Shown here one piece after another: positions 1 through 8,847 of a DNA stretch of 64,000 bases. The position numbers and the translations under genes are program-made. Source of the stretch: Gammaproteobacteria bacterium (GTDB lineage Bacteria > Pseudomonadota > Gammaproteobacteria > Natronospirales > DASSBR01); contig DASSBR010000053.1 of the NCBI GenBank assembly GCA_035698525.1, positions 22,187 through 86,186 on the forward strand, read 5' to 3'. Every line of letters begins with the position of its first letter. Position 1 is the first letter of the stretch. The notes beneath the pieces are model-generated. The model was not told where the DNA came from. It searched no databases and saw only the letters and a list, made by a program, of their open reading frames with translations.

Positions 1-370
1 GCGTCAGATAAATGCGGTCGGCGCGCGGCAGGAGCACCCGGTAAATCGTGGCGCCGCCAATCACCATTAACATTTTGTCCGGTGGCGCGTCGGCCATTGC
101 CAGGTCGAGTGAGGCGAAAACGCGGCAGCCTTCCGGCTGAAAACTGACGTCGCGGCTGACGACGAAGTTGTCGCGCCCCGGCAGCGGCCTGCCGATCGAC
201 TCGAACGTGCGCCGGCCCATCAGAATGGTGTGGCCCATCGTCACGGCCTTGAAGTGCTTGAGATCGGCCGGGAGATGCCAGGGCATCCTGCCGTCGTGGC
301 CGATCTCGCGTTCGTCGCCCATCGCGACGACGAAGCCGATCGGCGGAGTGTTTTTGTTGTCGTCGGCCAT
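1..370 (-). CDS. folA: dihydrofolate reductase (C-terminal end cut off by window start)
   Basis: Reverse translation from the ATG at 370 gives MADDNKNTPPIGFVVAMGDEREIGHDGRMPWHLPADLKHFKAVTMGHTILMGRRTFESIGRPLPGRDNFVVS... This carries the DHFR signature (PW-LP-DL-FK, MGRxTxESIGRPLPxR). It is open-ended, so it is absent from the ORF track. Confidence 0.8.
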   Translation of the reverse strand, partial: MADDNKNTPPIGFVVAMGDEREIGHDGRMPWHLPADLKHFKAVTMGHTILMGRRTFESIGRPLPGRDNFVVSRDVSFQPEGCRVFASLDLAMADAPPDKMLMVIGGATIYRVLLPRADRIYLT

Positions 371-454
371 GGACGTTATTGTACGGGCACGAGCCGTGGC
401 GGGTCACGCGGGGGCCCGTGATAAACTTCCAAAAAAACCGCCAGGAAGGCTCGT

Positions 455-1888
455 ATGGTTCCCATCAGCCCCAGCGTCGATCTGTCGCGCGGTCAATTCG
501 CGTTCACGCTGATATTTCACATCGTCTGGCCGGTGTTCACGATCGGCATGTCGTCGTTCCTCGTGGCGATCGAGGCGCTGTGGCTCAAAACCGGCGACGC
601 CGATTACTATCGCCACGCCCGCTTCTGGGCGAAGCTCCTGCTGCTCAACTTCGGCGTCGGCGTCGCGACCGGTCTGCCGCTCGAATTCGAGTTTGGCACC
701 AACTGGGCGCCGTTCTCGCAGCTCGCCGGCAACTTCTTCGGTAACATCCTCGGCTTCGAAGGCTCGATGGCCTTCATGCTGGAAGCCGGCTTCCTCGGCA
801 TCATGATGTTCGGCTGGAAGCGCGTCGCGCCGGCGATTCACATGTTCGCCACCTGCATGGTGGCGCTGGGCGCATCGATGTCGGCGCTGTGGATCATGTC
901 GGCGAACTCGTGGATGCAGACGCCGACCGGCGGTCACGTCGCCAACGGCCACTTCGTGGTCGACAATTACATCGAGGCGATCTTCAATCCATCGGCGCCG
1001 TGGGGCATCACGCACATGTGGGTCGCCTGCCTTGAAACGACACTGTTCGTCATCGGCGGCCTGAGCGCGTGGTACATCCATCGGAAGCAGCATCCCGACT
1101 TCTTTCTGCGCTCGTTCAAGGTGGTGGTCATTGCCGCCATCCTGATCACGCCGATCCAGATTTTCCTGGGCGATGGCTCGGGCGGTGTCGTATTCGAATA
1201 CCAGCCGGCGAAGGGCGCGGCGATTGAAGGCCACTGGAAGACGAACGCGCCCGGCGAGCCCGCCGCGTGGTCGTTGCTCGCCTGGCCGAACCAGGCGGAA
1301 CAGAAGAACGACTGGTCGCTCGACGTTCCCTACGGGCTGAGCCTGCTCGCGACCCACACGCTCGACGGGCAGGTCAAGGGTCTGAGCGATTTTCCGCGCG
1401 ACGAACAGCCGCCGATGATTCCGCTCCTGTATTACACGTTTCGCTTGATGGTCGCGATCGGCTTTTTCTTCTTCTTCCTGATGCTGTGGACGATGTGGCG
1501 CTGGTGGCGCTACGGCCTCAAGGCGGACAATGCCGATCGCCACAAATGGCTGTGGCGGCTATGGATGGGCGCCATTCCGCTCGGCTACATTGCGGTCGAG
1601 TGCGGCTGGACGGTGCGCGAAGTCGGCCGCCAGCCGTGGGTCATCTACGGCATCATGCGCACCGCGCACGGCGCCTCCGATCTGCCGGTGTCGACGGTTG
1701 CGACAACGCTGATTATCTATGGCGTCATTTACGCGATACTGCTTGCTGCCGTGTTGTACTTTGCACGCCGCATCCTGCTCAAGGGACCGGATGTCACGAT
1801 GCCCGCGCCGCCACGGCGTGGCGGCGGACTCATCGACACGCGCACCGCATGGGAGGCGGGCGAAGGTTCGCGCGAGGAAAGCGCATGA
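455..1888 (+). CDS. cydA: cytochrome bd-type quinol oxidase subunit I (CydA/CioA)
   Basis: 477-aa polytopic ORF. The segments RGQFAFTLIFHIVWPVFTIGM and GFEGSMAFMLEAGFLGIMMFGW are typical of CydA. There is an AGGAAGG RBS before the ATG, and cydB follows with an ATGA overlap. Confidence 0.9.
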   Translation: MVPISPSVDLSRGQFAFTLIFHIVWPVFTIGMSSFLVAIEALWLKTGDADYYRHARFWAKLLLLNFGVGVATGLPLEFEFGTNWAPFSQLAGNFFGNILGFEGSMAFMLEAGFLGIMMFGWKRVAPAIHMFATCMVALGASMSALWIMSANSWMQTPTGGHVANGHFVVDNYIEAIFNPSAPWGITHMWVACLETTLFVIGGLSAWYIHRKQHPDFFLRSFKVVVIAAILITPIQIFLGDGSGGVVFEYQPAKGAAIEGHWKTNAPGEPAAWSLLAWPNQAEQKNDWSLDVPYGLSLLATHTLDGQVKGLSDFPRDEQPPMIPLLYYTFRLMVAIGFFFFFLMLWTMWRWWRYGLKADNADRHKWLWRLWMGAIPLGYIAVECGWTVREVGRQPWVIYGIMRTAHGASDLPVSTVATTLIIYGVIYAILLAAVLYFARRILLKGPDVTMPAPPRRGGGLIDTRTAWEAGEGSREESA

Positions 1889-2901
1889 ACGGCGCCTATC
1901 ATTTTCTTGCCGATGTCTGGTTCGGCCTCATCGGGATCCTGCTGATCCTGTACGTCGTACTCGACGGCTTCGACCTGGGCGTCGGCATCCTGTCGCTGTT
2001 CGCGCACGACGAGCGCGAGCGCGGCATCATGATGGGCACGCTCGGCAGCGTCTGGGACGCCAACGAAACCTGGCTGGTGCTGCTCGGCGGCGCGCTGTTC
2101 GGCGCGTTCCCGCGCGCCTATGCAGTCGTGCTGCACGCCTTGTACGTGCCGATCATGGCTGCGCTGTTCGGGCTGATTTTCCGCGCCGTGGCATTCGAGT
2201 TTCGCGAAAACGCGCGCCGCAAACCCGTCTGGAACATTGCCTTCGGTTGCGGCAGCCTGCTCGCCGCGATCGCGCAGGGCTTTGCCCTCGGCGCCATCAT
2301 CGACGGCATCCCAGCCGGACCGGCCGGCTACCAGGGCGGCGTGATGGACTGGTTTTCGCCGTTCGCGCTGCTGGTCGCGATCGGCGTCGTGTTCGGCTAC
2401 ATGCTGCTCGGGGCGACCTACCTGATCGTCAAGACCGTCGACAAGACCCAGGCACGCAACTACCGCTTCGCGACGCTCGCGGCATGGTGCACGGTACTGG
2501 TCGGGGTCGGCGTCAGCTTATGGACGCCGCTTCGGTTCGACTACGTCGCCCACAAATGGTTTGGCGAGCACTTTTATGCGCTGGGCGTCCTGCCATTGTG
2601 CGCGGCGCTGGCTTTCGCCGCGCTGCTGTTCAGTCTCAGGCGACGCCGCGAATACGCGCCATTCGCCTGGAGCATTCTCATTTTTCTGTTCTCGTTTATC
2701 GGTCTCGCCGCAAGCCTGTATCCGAACGTTGTTCCGCCCGACATCACGGTTTACGGCGCAGCATCGTCCGCAAAGACGCTGGTGTTCATGCTCACCGGCA
2801 TCGGCATGCTGATCCCGATCATGCTGATCTACAACGCGTACCAGTACCTGGTGTTTCGTGGCAAGGTGACGGAGGCGGGCTACGGCGGCGGCGAAGACTG
2901 A
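1885..2901 (+). CDS. cydB: cytochrome bd-type quinol oxidase subunit II
   Basis: An in-frame ATG at 1885 overlaps the cydA stop (ATGA). The N-terminus MNGAYHFLADVWFGLIGILLILYVVLDGFDLGVGIL is CydB-like. The longer track ORF starting at 1267 overlaps cydA and is not used. Confidence 0.9.
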   Translation: MNGAYHFLADVWFGLIGILLILYVVLDGFDLGVGILSLFAHDERERGIMMGTLGSVWDANETWLVLLGGALFGAFPRAYAVVLHALYVPIMAALFGLIFRAVAFEFRENARRKPVWNIAFGCGSLLAAIAQGFALGAIIDGIPAGPAGYQGGVMDWFSPFALLVAIGVVFGYMLLGATYLIVKTVDKTQARNYRFATLAAWCTVLVGVGVSLWTPLRFDYVAHKWFGEHFYALGVLPLCAALAFAALLFSLRRRREYAPFAWSILIFLFSFIGLAASLYPNVVPPDITVYGAASSAKTLVFMLTGIGMLIPIMLIYNAYQYLVFRGKVTEAGYGGGED

Positions 2902-2908
2902 AGCCTGT

Positions 2909-5170
2909 TCAGTTCGCGCTCGCTATCACGCTGCTGGCGCGTGAATCCTTCTTTTTGTATTGCTCGACCAGTGCCTGAAAACCGGGCGCCGAACGGATGG
3001 CGGACCAGTTCGGATCGACCTGGATCAACGGGATCGAGATGATGTACCCGCTCGGCATGGCCAGCAGCTTGCGGAGATCCGCCATGGCTTGATCCGTCTG
3101 CCCCAGTTCGGCCTCAACCTGTGCCAGCATGGCCACGGCGTTCATGTTGGGGACCGGGTGCTTGTCGGCCGGGGCTATCTTGACGGCAAGCCGAACCTGC
3201 CGAAGCGCCTTTTCCTTATCGCCGAGCCGAGCGTATATCCAGCCCAGCCGTTCGTGGAGCCAGCTATTCGGATTATTCGCGATCCTCGTTTCCATCAGGC
3301 TGGCGGCGCGCTGGTAATGACTCCGCGCTCGCGCCTGGTTACCGGCGGTCCACTCCAGATCGCCCTGTTCCATTTCGAGGCTCCAGTCGGATGAAGGCTT
3401 GCCTCCCGTCAACCTTTTGAACAAGTCGCGTGCGGCATCGAAGTGGCCTTGCGCGACAAGCAGCACCGCGCGTTGATCGAGCACCACCGGGTTGTTGCGT
3501 ACGGACGGGGGAGCGGTTGTCAGCACGGCCAAGGCGCGGCCGATATCGCCGGTATGCAGAACGTACGCCGAAATCAAGAACAGTGCGGTGTTCACCGATG
3601 TCGGGTCGATGCTCAAGCCGCGTTCAAGCAGCGCTTCGGCTTTCTTGTAACGGTGAACGTACATGTCGGCCGTGGCCAATTGCCAGATCGTTCTGAGGTT
3701 GCGCGGATCGGTCACGAGCGCTTTGCGGAGATAACCGATGGCGTCTTCGACATGCCCCCGATTCTCATAGATGACGCCGATGCCGAACAGCGTTTCGGGA
3801 CTGGTCGGATCGAGCGCAAGCGCTGCCTGGAACGCCCGTAACTGGCCGTCGAGATCGTGGTGGACGTAGTCGCGATAGTAGCCTTCGGCCAAGTGTGCCT
3901 GAGCCAGGTTGGGGGCCAGCGCCAATGCCTTCCTGGTGCTGATTTCCGCGCCGCTTGCCAACGCTTTGTCGAAGTCGCCGCGGTGATGCATGATGTGCAG
4001 CTTGAACGATTGCGTCAGCGACAAGCGCGCCCAGGCAAGCGCGAAACGCGGATCGATTTTCACCGCCGCCTTATAGTTCTTGATTGCCGCGTCAAAGTCG
4101 GCGTCGAGCAAGCTGGAAAAGGCGCGATCGGCATAATACTCGCCGCGCAGGTACGAATCGTAGGCCCGCACGTCCGCGGTCGGTGCATCGTGCAACCGGG
4201 CCGCGTCCTTCGCCGTCAGCTTGGTCCCGAGTGCGACGGCGATCTTGTCGGCAACTTCGCCCTCGACGCCGAAAATATCGATGATCTTGCGATCGTAGCT
4301 GTGCGCCCACAGGCGCGCGTAGGTGCGGGCGTCAATCAACTGCACGTTGATATGCACCGCGTCCCCCGATCGCTGGACGCTGCCTTCAAGCACGGTGCCC
4401 ACATCGAGCTGATCGGCGATGGTCCTGATGTCCACCGGGTGGCTTTTGTAATGCGCGGTCGAGGTCCGTGCGATGACCTTGAGAGCCGGAATACCGGCCA
4501 GCCGCGTCATGATTTCGTTGCGGATACCGGCGGCGAAATAGGCGTTTGCCTTGTCGGCGCTCAGATTCTCGAACGGCAACACCGCGATCGCCGCCTCGTA
4601 CGATTGCGGCGTCACTGCCGGTTGCGATGCAATTGAAGTGCGCGCTTCCTGCGTCGGCGAAAGCACCCAACCCATCGCCCCCAGCGCGATCAGCGCGAGC
4701 ACGCCGAGCAGGCTGCGGCCGAAGGTGCGGTTCAGAATGCCGTGCGGCAACGAGGTGCCGTGGGTGGCTCGCAAAGGAACGATCGGCGCAGTCGGGGCAT
4801 TGCGCAGCGCCTGTTCCGCTTCCCACAGTTGGCCGGCCAACGCGTGTACGGCACTGGCCAGCCGCCGGCGATAGGTGCTCCAACTGAGGTGCAGCGATTC
4901 CGCGACCGCCTGTTGCGACCGCATCGGCTTGAACCAGGTGCGCTCGAGCACCCGTTTGAGTTCGGCAGGTTTGGGCGCATCGCCCAGTTGCGCGCACTGG
5001 CTCTCGAGAACGTCGCGCAGCGCCTGCACTTCGGTGATTGGTGGATCCGTCGCGGCCCGCGCGGCTGCGACCAGCGCGGACTGTGTCAGCGCGTTGTCGC
5101 GCAGCCGGTCGGACTCATGAAAATGGCGGAGCGCGCTATGCACCGCTTCCATGAATTCGGCTTCAGTCAC
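2909..5170 (-). CDS. membrane-anchored regulator: sigma-70 region-4-like HTH, one TM helix, TolB-N-like periplasmic domain and TPR repeats
   Basis: The N-terminus has ALRHFHESDRL...SQQAVAESLHLSWSTYRRRLASAVHALAGQLW (HTH-like). A hydrophobic segment LLGVLALIALGAMGWVL follows. Next comes AIAVLPFENLSADKANAYFAAGIRNEIMTRLAG...LEGSVQRSGDAVHINVQLIDAR and then repeated TPR-like units. The start is uncertain: GTG 5170 follows GGGGA, and ATG 5152 is the alternative. Confidence 0.6.
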   Translation of the reverse strand: MTEAEFMEAVHSALRHFHESDRLRDNALTQSALVAAARAATDPPITEVQALRDVLESQCAQLGDAPKPAELKRVLERTWFKPMRSQQAVAESLHLSWSTYRRRLASAVHALAGQLWEAEQALRNAPTAPIVPLRATHGTSLPHGILNRTFGRSLLGVLALIALGAMGWVLSPTQEARTSIASQPAVTPQSYEAAIAVLPFENLSADKANAYFAAGIRNEIMTRLAGIPALKVIARTSTAHYKSHPVDIRTIADQLDVGTVLEGSVQRSGDAVHINVQLIDARTYARLWAHSYDRKIIDIFGVEGEVADKIAVALGTKLTAKDAARLHDAPTADVRAYDSYLRGEYYADRAFSSLLDADFDAAIKNYKAAVKIDPRFALAWARLSLTQSFKLHIMHHRGDFDKALASGAEISTRKALALAPNLAQAHLAEGYYRDYVHHDLDGQLRAFQAALALDPTSPETLFGIGVIYENRGHVEDAIGYLRKALVTDPRNLRTIWQLATADMYVHRYKKAEALLERGLSIDPTSVNTALFLISAYVLHTGDIGRALAVLTTAPPSVRNNPVVLDQRAVLLVAQGHFDAARDLFKRLTGGKPSSDWSLEMEQGDLEWTAGNQARARSHYQRAASLMETRIANNPNSWLHERLGWIYARLGDKEKALRQVRLAVKIAPADKHPVPNMNAVAMLAQVEAELGQTDQAMADLRKLLAMPSGYIISIPLIQVDPNWSAIRSAPGFQALVEQYKKKDSRASSVIASAN

Positions 5171-5414
5171 TGCCGACGTTCCCCTTTGGCCACGCCTTCC
5201 ATTGCGGAAAACTCCAGCCGGCGCCGAGCGCGATGCCGCGCGGCGACGAATCCGGCACATCCAGTAGATGCTCGAAGTATAGCAGTTAAATCGGGCACGA
5301 AACGAGCAAAAAATGAGCATCGATTGGCGTAGAAAAATGCCGGTGCAGGCGCGCTTAATTCAACCATTCGGCGCCGGTCCGGATCCGGCAATGCACGACA
5401 CAGGAGAAAACGCA

Positions 5415-6035
5415 ATGAGTACTGTTGCTCTGACTCATATCCCGTTGGCCCAGCGGGCGAGGAACATTCTGTTCAGGCCGCGGCAGGAATGGGACATCAT
5501 CGCCGCCGAAGACACGCCGGCCAAGGCGCTGTACCTGCGCTACATTCTGCCGCTGGCGGCCATCGGGCCGGTTGCGGCATTCATCCGCGACAGCATCTTC
5601 GGCGTATCGATTCCGCTGGTGGGGCACTACCGCATCCCGATTGGCTCCGGCATCGCCGAAGCGGTGGTCGCTTACGCGTTGACGCTGATCGGCGTTTATG
5701 TGCTCGCGTTCGTCATCGCTGAACTGGCGATGGCTTTCGGCGGCGAGAAAAGCCTGCCGCAGGCGCTGAAGGTGGCGGCTTACTCCAGCACGCCGGTCTG
5801 GGTCGCGGGCGTTTTGCACCTGGTGCCGCTGCTCGGCATTCTGATCCTGTTCGCCGGCATTTACAGTCTGTACCTGCTCTATCTCGGCTTGCCGCCGCTC
5901 ATGCGCGCTCCGCGGGAGAAGTCGGTCGGCTATACTCTGGGTGTCATCGTGGCGGCGATCGTCATTTACATCGTGATTGGCGTGATCGCCGGAAGCCTCG
6001 TGACATTACCGACGGCCAGCTTCACTATCGGCTGA
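5415..6035 (+). CDS. Yip1-family integral membrane protein
   Basis: ATG at 5415 is preceded by AGGAGA. About 5 TM helices. RPRQEWDIIAAEDT...LYLRYILPLAAIGPVA matches Yip1/DUF1282-type proteins, from memory of the family. Confidence 0.65.
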   Translation: MSTVALTHIPLAQRARNILFRPRQEWDIIAAEDTPAKALYLRYILPLAAIGPVAAFIRDSIFGVSIPLVGHYRIPIGSGIAEAVVAYALTLIGVYVLAFVIAELAMAFGGEKSLPQALKVAAYSSTPVWVAGVLHLVPLLGILILFAGIYSLYLLYLGLPPLMRAPREKSVGYTLGVIVAAIVIYIVIGVIAGSLVTLPTASFTIG

Positions 6036-6061
6036 GCGGCTCGAAAAGGAGGGTCAATGCC

Positions 6062-7240
6062 ATGAGCAGGTTACGCACCGCGCTGCCGGTGGCGGCGATG
6101 GTCGCCACGGCGGTCACGCTGAGCGGATGCCCGTCATCGCAACTGATTCGCGTCGCCACGAGCCACGATCCGCGAGCCGCGGCGGAACACCTCGTCCAGG
6201 ACAAGGCGCAGTACTACGAATATCACCCGAAGGAATTTCTGGCGGATTTCAAGAACCTCGTCGCGAAGCTGCGCGGGCACGCGAAACGCGAATGGGGCAA
6301 GCGCGAGGCGGTCACGCCGTCGCGCAAGCGCTACGTCAAGTACACGCAGAACTACAAGAGCCGCGCGCTGGTCGATTTCGACCAGGGTACGGTCACGATC
6401 GAAACAGTGGATGCGTCGCATCCGCAAATCAGCTTGCGTACCGCGATCGTCAGCACGCTGCTGACGCCGGAAGATCCGCGTTCGGTCGATCTGTACTCGG
6501 ACAAGCCGGTGCGCCTGAGCGGTACGCCATATCTTTACGGCCTCGTCGTCGACCGGAATGGCAAGCCGATCGGTACGCCCGGCGCGGCGTCGGCCTACGC
6601 CGATTACCTCGTCAGGCATATCGAGACCCGCAAGGTTCAGACGGCGAGCGGCGCGCGAATCGATCATTACGTTCGCATCGCGATGGTGCCCGATCACGAG
6701 AATGTGCAGGCGGACAAGTATCGTCCGCTGGTCGATCGCTACGCCGCGCGTTATCACGTCAGCGAAAGCCTGGTGTTCGCGATCATCGAGGTCGAAAGCA
6801 ACTTCAATCCGTACGCCGTCAGCAGCGCCGGCGCGTTCGGCTTGATGCAACTGGTACCGTCGACTGCCGGGACCGATGCCTACCAGGCTGTATACGGCAA
6901 GCCGCAAGCGCCCAGCCAGGATTACCTGTTCGATCCGGCCAACAACATTGAACTCGGCACCGCGTATCTCAACGTCCTGACGACGCGTTATCTTGCCTCC
7001 ATCGTGAACCCGGTCAGCCTCGAGTATTGCACGATCGCTGCTTACAACGCCGGCGCCGGCACGGTGTTCAACCAGTTCTCGCCGCACCAGAACGATGCCA
7101 TTGCACGCATCAACGCCGACAAACCGCCGAGCGTTTACGATGCGCTCGCCAACGGCGACGGTCCGCTGGAGATGCGCCAATACCTCGTCAAGGTGCTCAA
7201 CGCCCGCCGCGGCTTCGTCACCGAGACTGCTCGCAACTGA
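6062..7240 (+). CDS. mltC: membrane-bound lytic murein transglycosylase C-like lipoprotein
   Basis: Lipobox LSGC near the N-terminus. SLT catalytic block SESLVFAIIEVESNFNPYAVSSAGAFGLMQLVPSTAG. AAAGGAGGG RBS. Confidence 0.8.
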   Translation: MSRLRTALPVAAMVATAVTLSGCPSSQLIRVATSHDPRAAAEHLVQDKAQYYEYHPKEFLADFKNLVAKLRGHAKREWGKREAVTPSRKRYVKYTQNYKSRALVDFDQGTVTIETVDASHPQISLRTAIVSTLLTPEDPRSVDLYSDKPVRLSGTPYLYGLVVDRNGKPIGTPGAASAYADYLVRHIETRKVQTASGARIDHYVRIAMVPDHENVQADKYRPLVDRYAARYHVSESLVFAIIEVESNFNPYAVSSAGAFGLMQLVPSTAGTDAYQAVYGKPQAPSQDYLFDPANNIELGTAYLNVLTTRYLASIVNPVSLEYCTIAAYNAGAGTVFNQFSPHQNDAIARINADKPPSVYDALANGDGPLEMRQYLVKVLNARRGFVTETARN

Positions 7241-7243
7241 GGA

Positions 7244-7837
7244 TTGAACATGAGTTGGTTGTTCACGCTCGCATTGCTGATTCATTTGCTGGCCGCGCTG
7301 CTGATGACCGGTGCCCTTGGCCTGCAGGCGACGATTACGCTGCTTGTGCGTCGCGCCGCCACCCCGGCGGAAGTGCGTCGCCTGGTGGATGCGGGGCGCT
7401 GGATTCCGCGCGCGTTCGCACCCGCGACGCTGCTGCTGCTGTTAAGCGGCTGCTACATGGGAGCCATGCTGATTCTCGCGGGCGTACGTTGGGGGTGGAT
7501 GGCCGTCGCGTTCGTCTCGCTGGTGGGGATCGCGTTGTGGAGCAAGTCGACCGGACGGCGGCGCAACATGGCGCTGGGCCGGCTTGCGGCGGACTGCGAC
7601 AGCAGCCTGTCGCCGGAGTTGTGCGCCGCGCAGCAGGATCCGGCACCGCTGGCGCACACGGCCGTTGGGGGCTGGGCCATCGCCGGCGTGGTCGTGCTGA
7701 TGGTTTACAGGCCCGACATCTGGATATCGATCGCCGTTATGGTCGTCGCGCTGCTTGCGGCCGCGGCGATGCGTGCGTTGATGTTTGCCGGTCCGGCGGC
7801 TGAACCAGCCGAGGCGAACGCCGCCAATGAGGTGTAA
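7244..7837 (+). CDS. hypothetical polytopic membrane protein
   Basis: 197-aa ORF starting 4 nt after mltC. It has several hydrophobic helices and I recognised no motif. Confidence 0.45.
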   Translation: MNMSWLFTLALLIHLLAALLMTGALGLQATITLLVRRAATPAEVRRLVDAGRWIPRAFAPATLLLLLSGCYMGAMLILAGVRWGWMAVAFVSLVGIALWSKSTGRRRNMALGRLAADCDSSLSPELCAAQQDPAPLAHTAVGGWAIAGVVVLMVYRPDIWISIAVMVVALLAAAAMRALMFAGPAAEPAEANAANEV

Positions 7838-7976
7838 TGAAAATGATGAAGGCGTTGGTGCAGAGCAAACAGACGCCGGTGTATCATCAGATTTGCTCGG
7901 TGCCTTTGTGCGTATTCCAAGCCGACCGCCGGCAAAGGACCCTAATTCGAAAACCTCGCCCGGGGAGGGCACGTTA

Positions 7977-8429
7977 ATGCGTTACGCGATTGTGGCATTC
8001 ATTACGTTCGTTTTCGCGGCGCCGGTGGCGTTCGCCGCGAATCACATCGATCTCACGGGCAAGATGCGCCCGGGCTTGTACGAAGCGACCACGCACATGA
8101 CCATCAAGGGGATGGGCGACATGCCGGCGAAGACCAGCAAATCGTGCGTGACGAAGGAGGATCTCACCGACTTTGGACACTGGTCGAAGGCTGATCCGTC
8201 GGCCAAAATCACCGACGTTTCGCTCAAGGGCAATCACCTCCATTTCAAGATGACGTCGAATAAAGGCGGCGGCCTGACGACGATGGTGGACGACATCATT
8301 TTCAAGGATCCGGAGCACTACCAGTTCCGTGGCAATATCAGCAAGGATGTCAATGGCCAGACGTACGAAATGACGATGAAGAGCGACGCCCATCGCATCG
8401 GCGATTGCACCGACGAGCAGAAGAAATAA
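7977..8429 (+). CDS. secreted DUF3617-like protein
   Basis: ATG at 7977 follows GGGGAGGG. Signal peptide MRYAIVAFITFVFAAPVAFA. RPGLYEATT...SKSCVTKEDL resembles the DUF3617 family. The longer track ORF from 7785 is rejected. Confidence 0.55.
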   Translation: MRYAIVAFITFVFAAPVAFAANHIDLTGKMRPGLYEATTHMTIKGMGDMPAKTSKSCVTKEDLTDFGHWSKADPSAKITDVSLKGNHLHFKMTSNKGGGLTTMVDDIIFKDPEHYQFRGNISKDVNGQTYEMTMKSDAHRIGDCTDEQKK

Positions 8430-8510
8430 CGGCGGGCCGCCGTGGACTTGCGCGCGGCGATTCGCTAAAATCCCAAGATTCTGTTTTCCGTACGTTTTTT
8501 CGGAGCATTT

Positions 8511-8804
8511 ATGGCCCGTGTCACCGTCGAGGACTGCCTCGACAACGTCGATAATCTGTTTCAGCTCGTGCTGGTCGCGACCAAGCGCGCACGCCAGTTG
8601 AGCCACGGCATGGAGCCGCAGGTGCCGCTGGAGCGCGACAAGCCGACTGTCGTCGCGCTGCGCGAGATCGCGGAAGGCTACGTCGGCCGCTCGATCCTGA
8701 GCGAGCCGGACCGGCCGCGCCCGGTGGAGGTCGAGGAGCAGATCGTCGAGCCGTCGCCGGAAGATTTCTCCGCTCCGCAAGACGAGGCGGAGATCGTTCA
8801 CTAA
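8511..8804 (+). CDS. rpoZ: RNA polymerase omega subunit
   Basis: [30 protein letters not shown] is the canonical RpoZ N-terminus, and spoT follows. Confidence 0.95.
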   Translation: MARVTVEDCLDNVDNLFQLVLVATKRARQLSHGMEPQVPLERDKPTVVALREIAEGYVGRSILSEPDRPRPVEVEEQIVEPSPEDFSAPQDEAEIVH

Positions 8805-8847
8805 TCGCTGGAGCCCGGAGCCGGCCACGCTGTAAGATGGTCGGGTC

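Noticed and set aside
404-1543. 379-aa minus-strand ORF over cydA
   Set aside because: It is antisense to cydA, Arg/Glu-rich, and has no recognisable domain.
1267-1884. Upstream extension of the cydB ORF (track ORF 1267-2901)
   Set aside because: It would overlap cydA by more than 600 nt in another frame. The ATG at 1885 overlaps the cydA stop and is followed by a typical CydB N-terminus.
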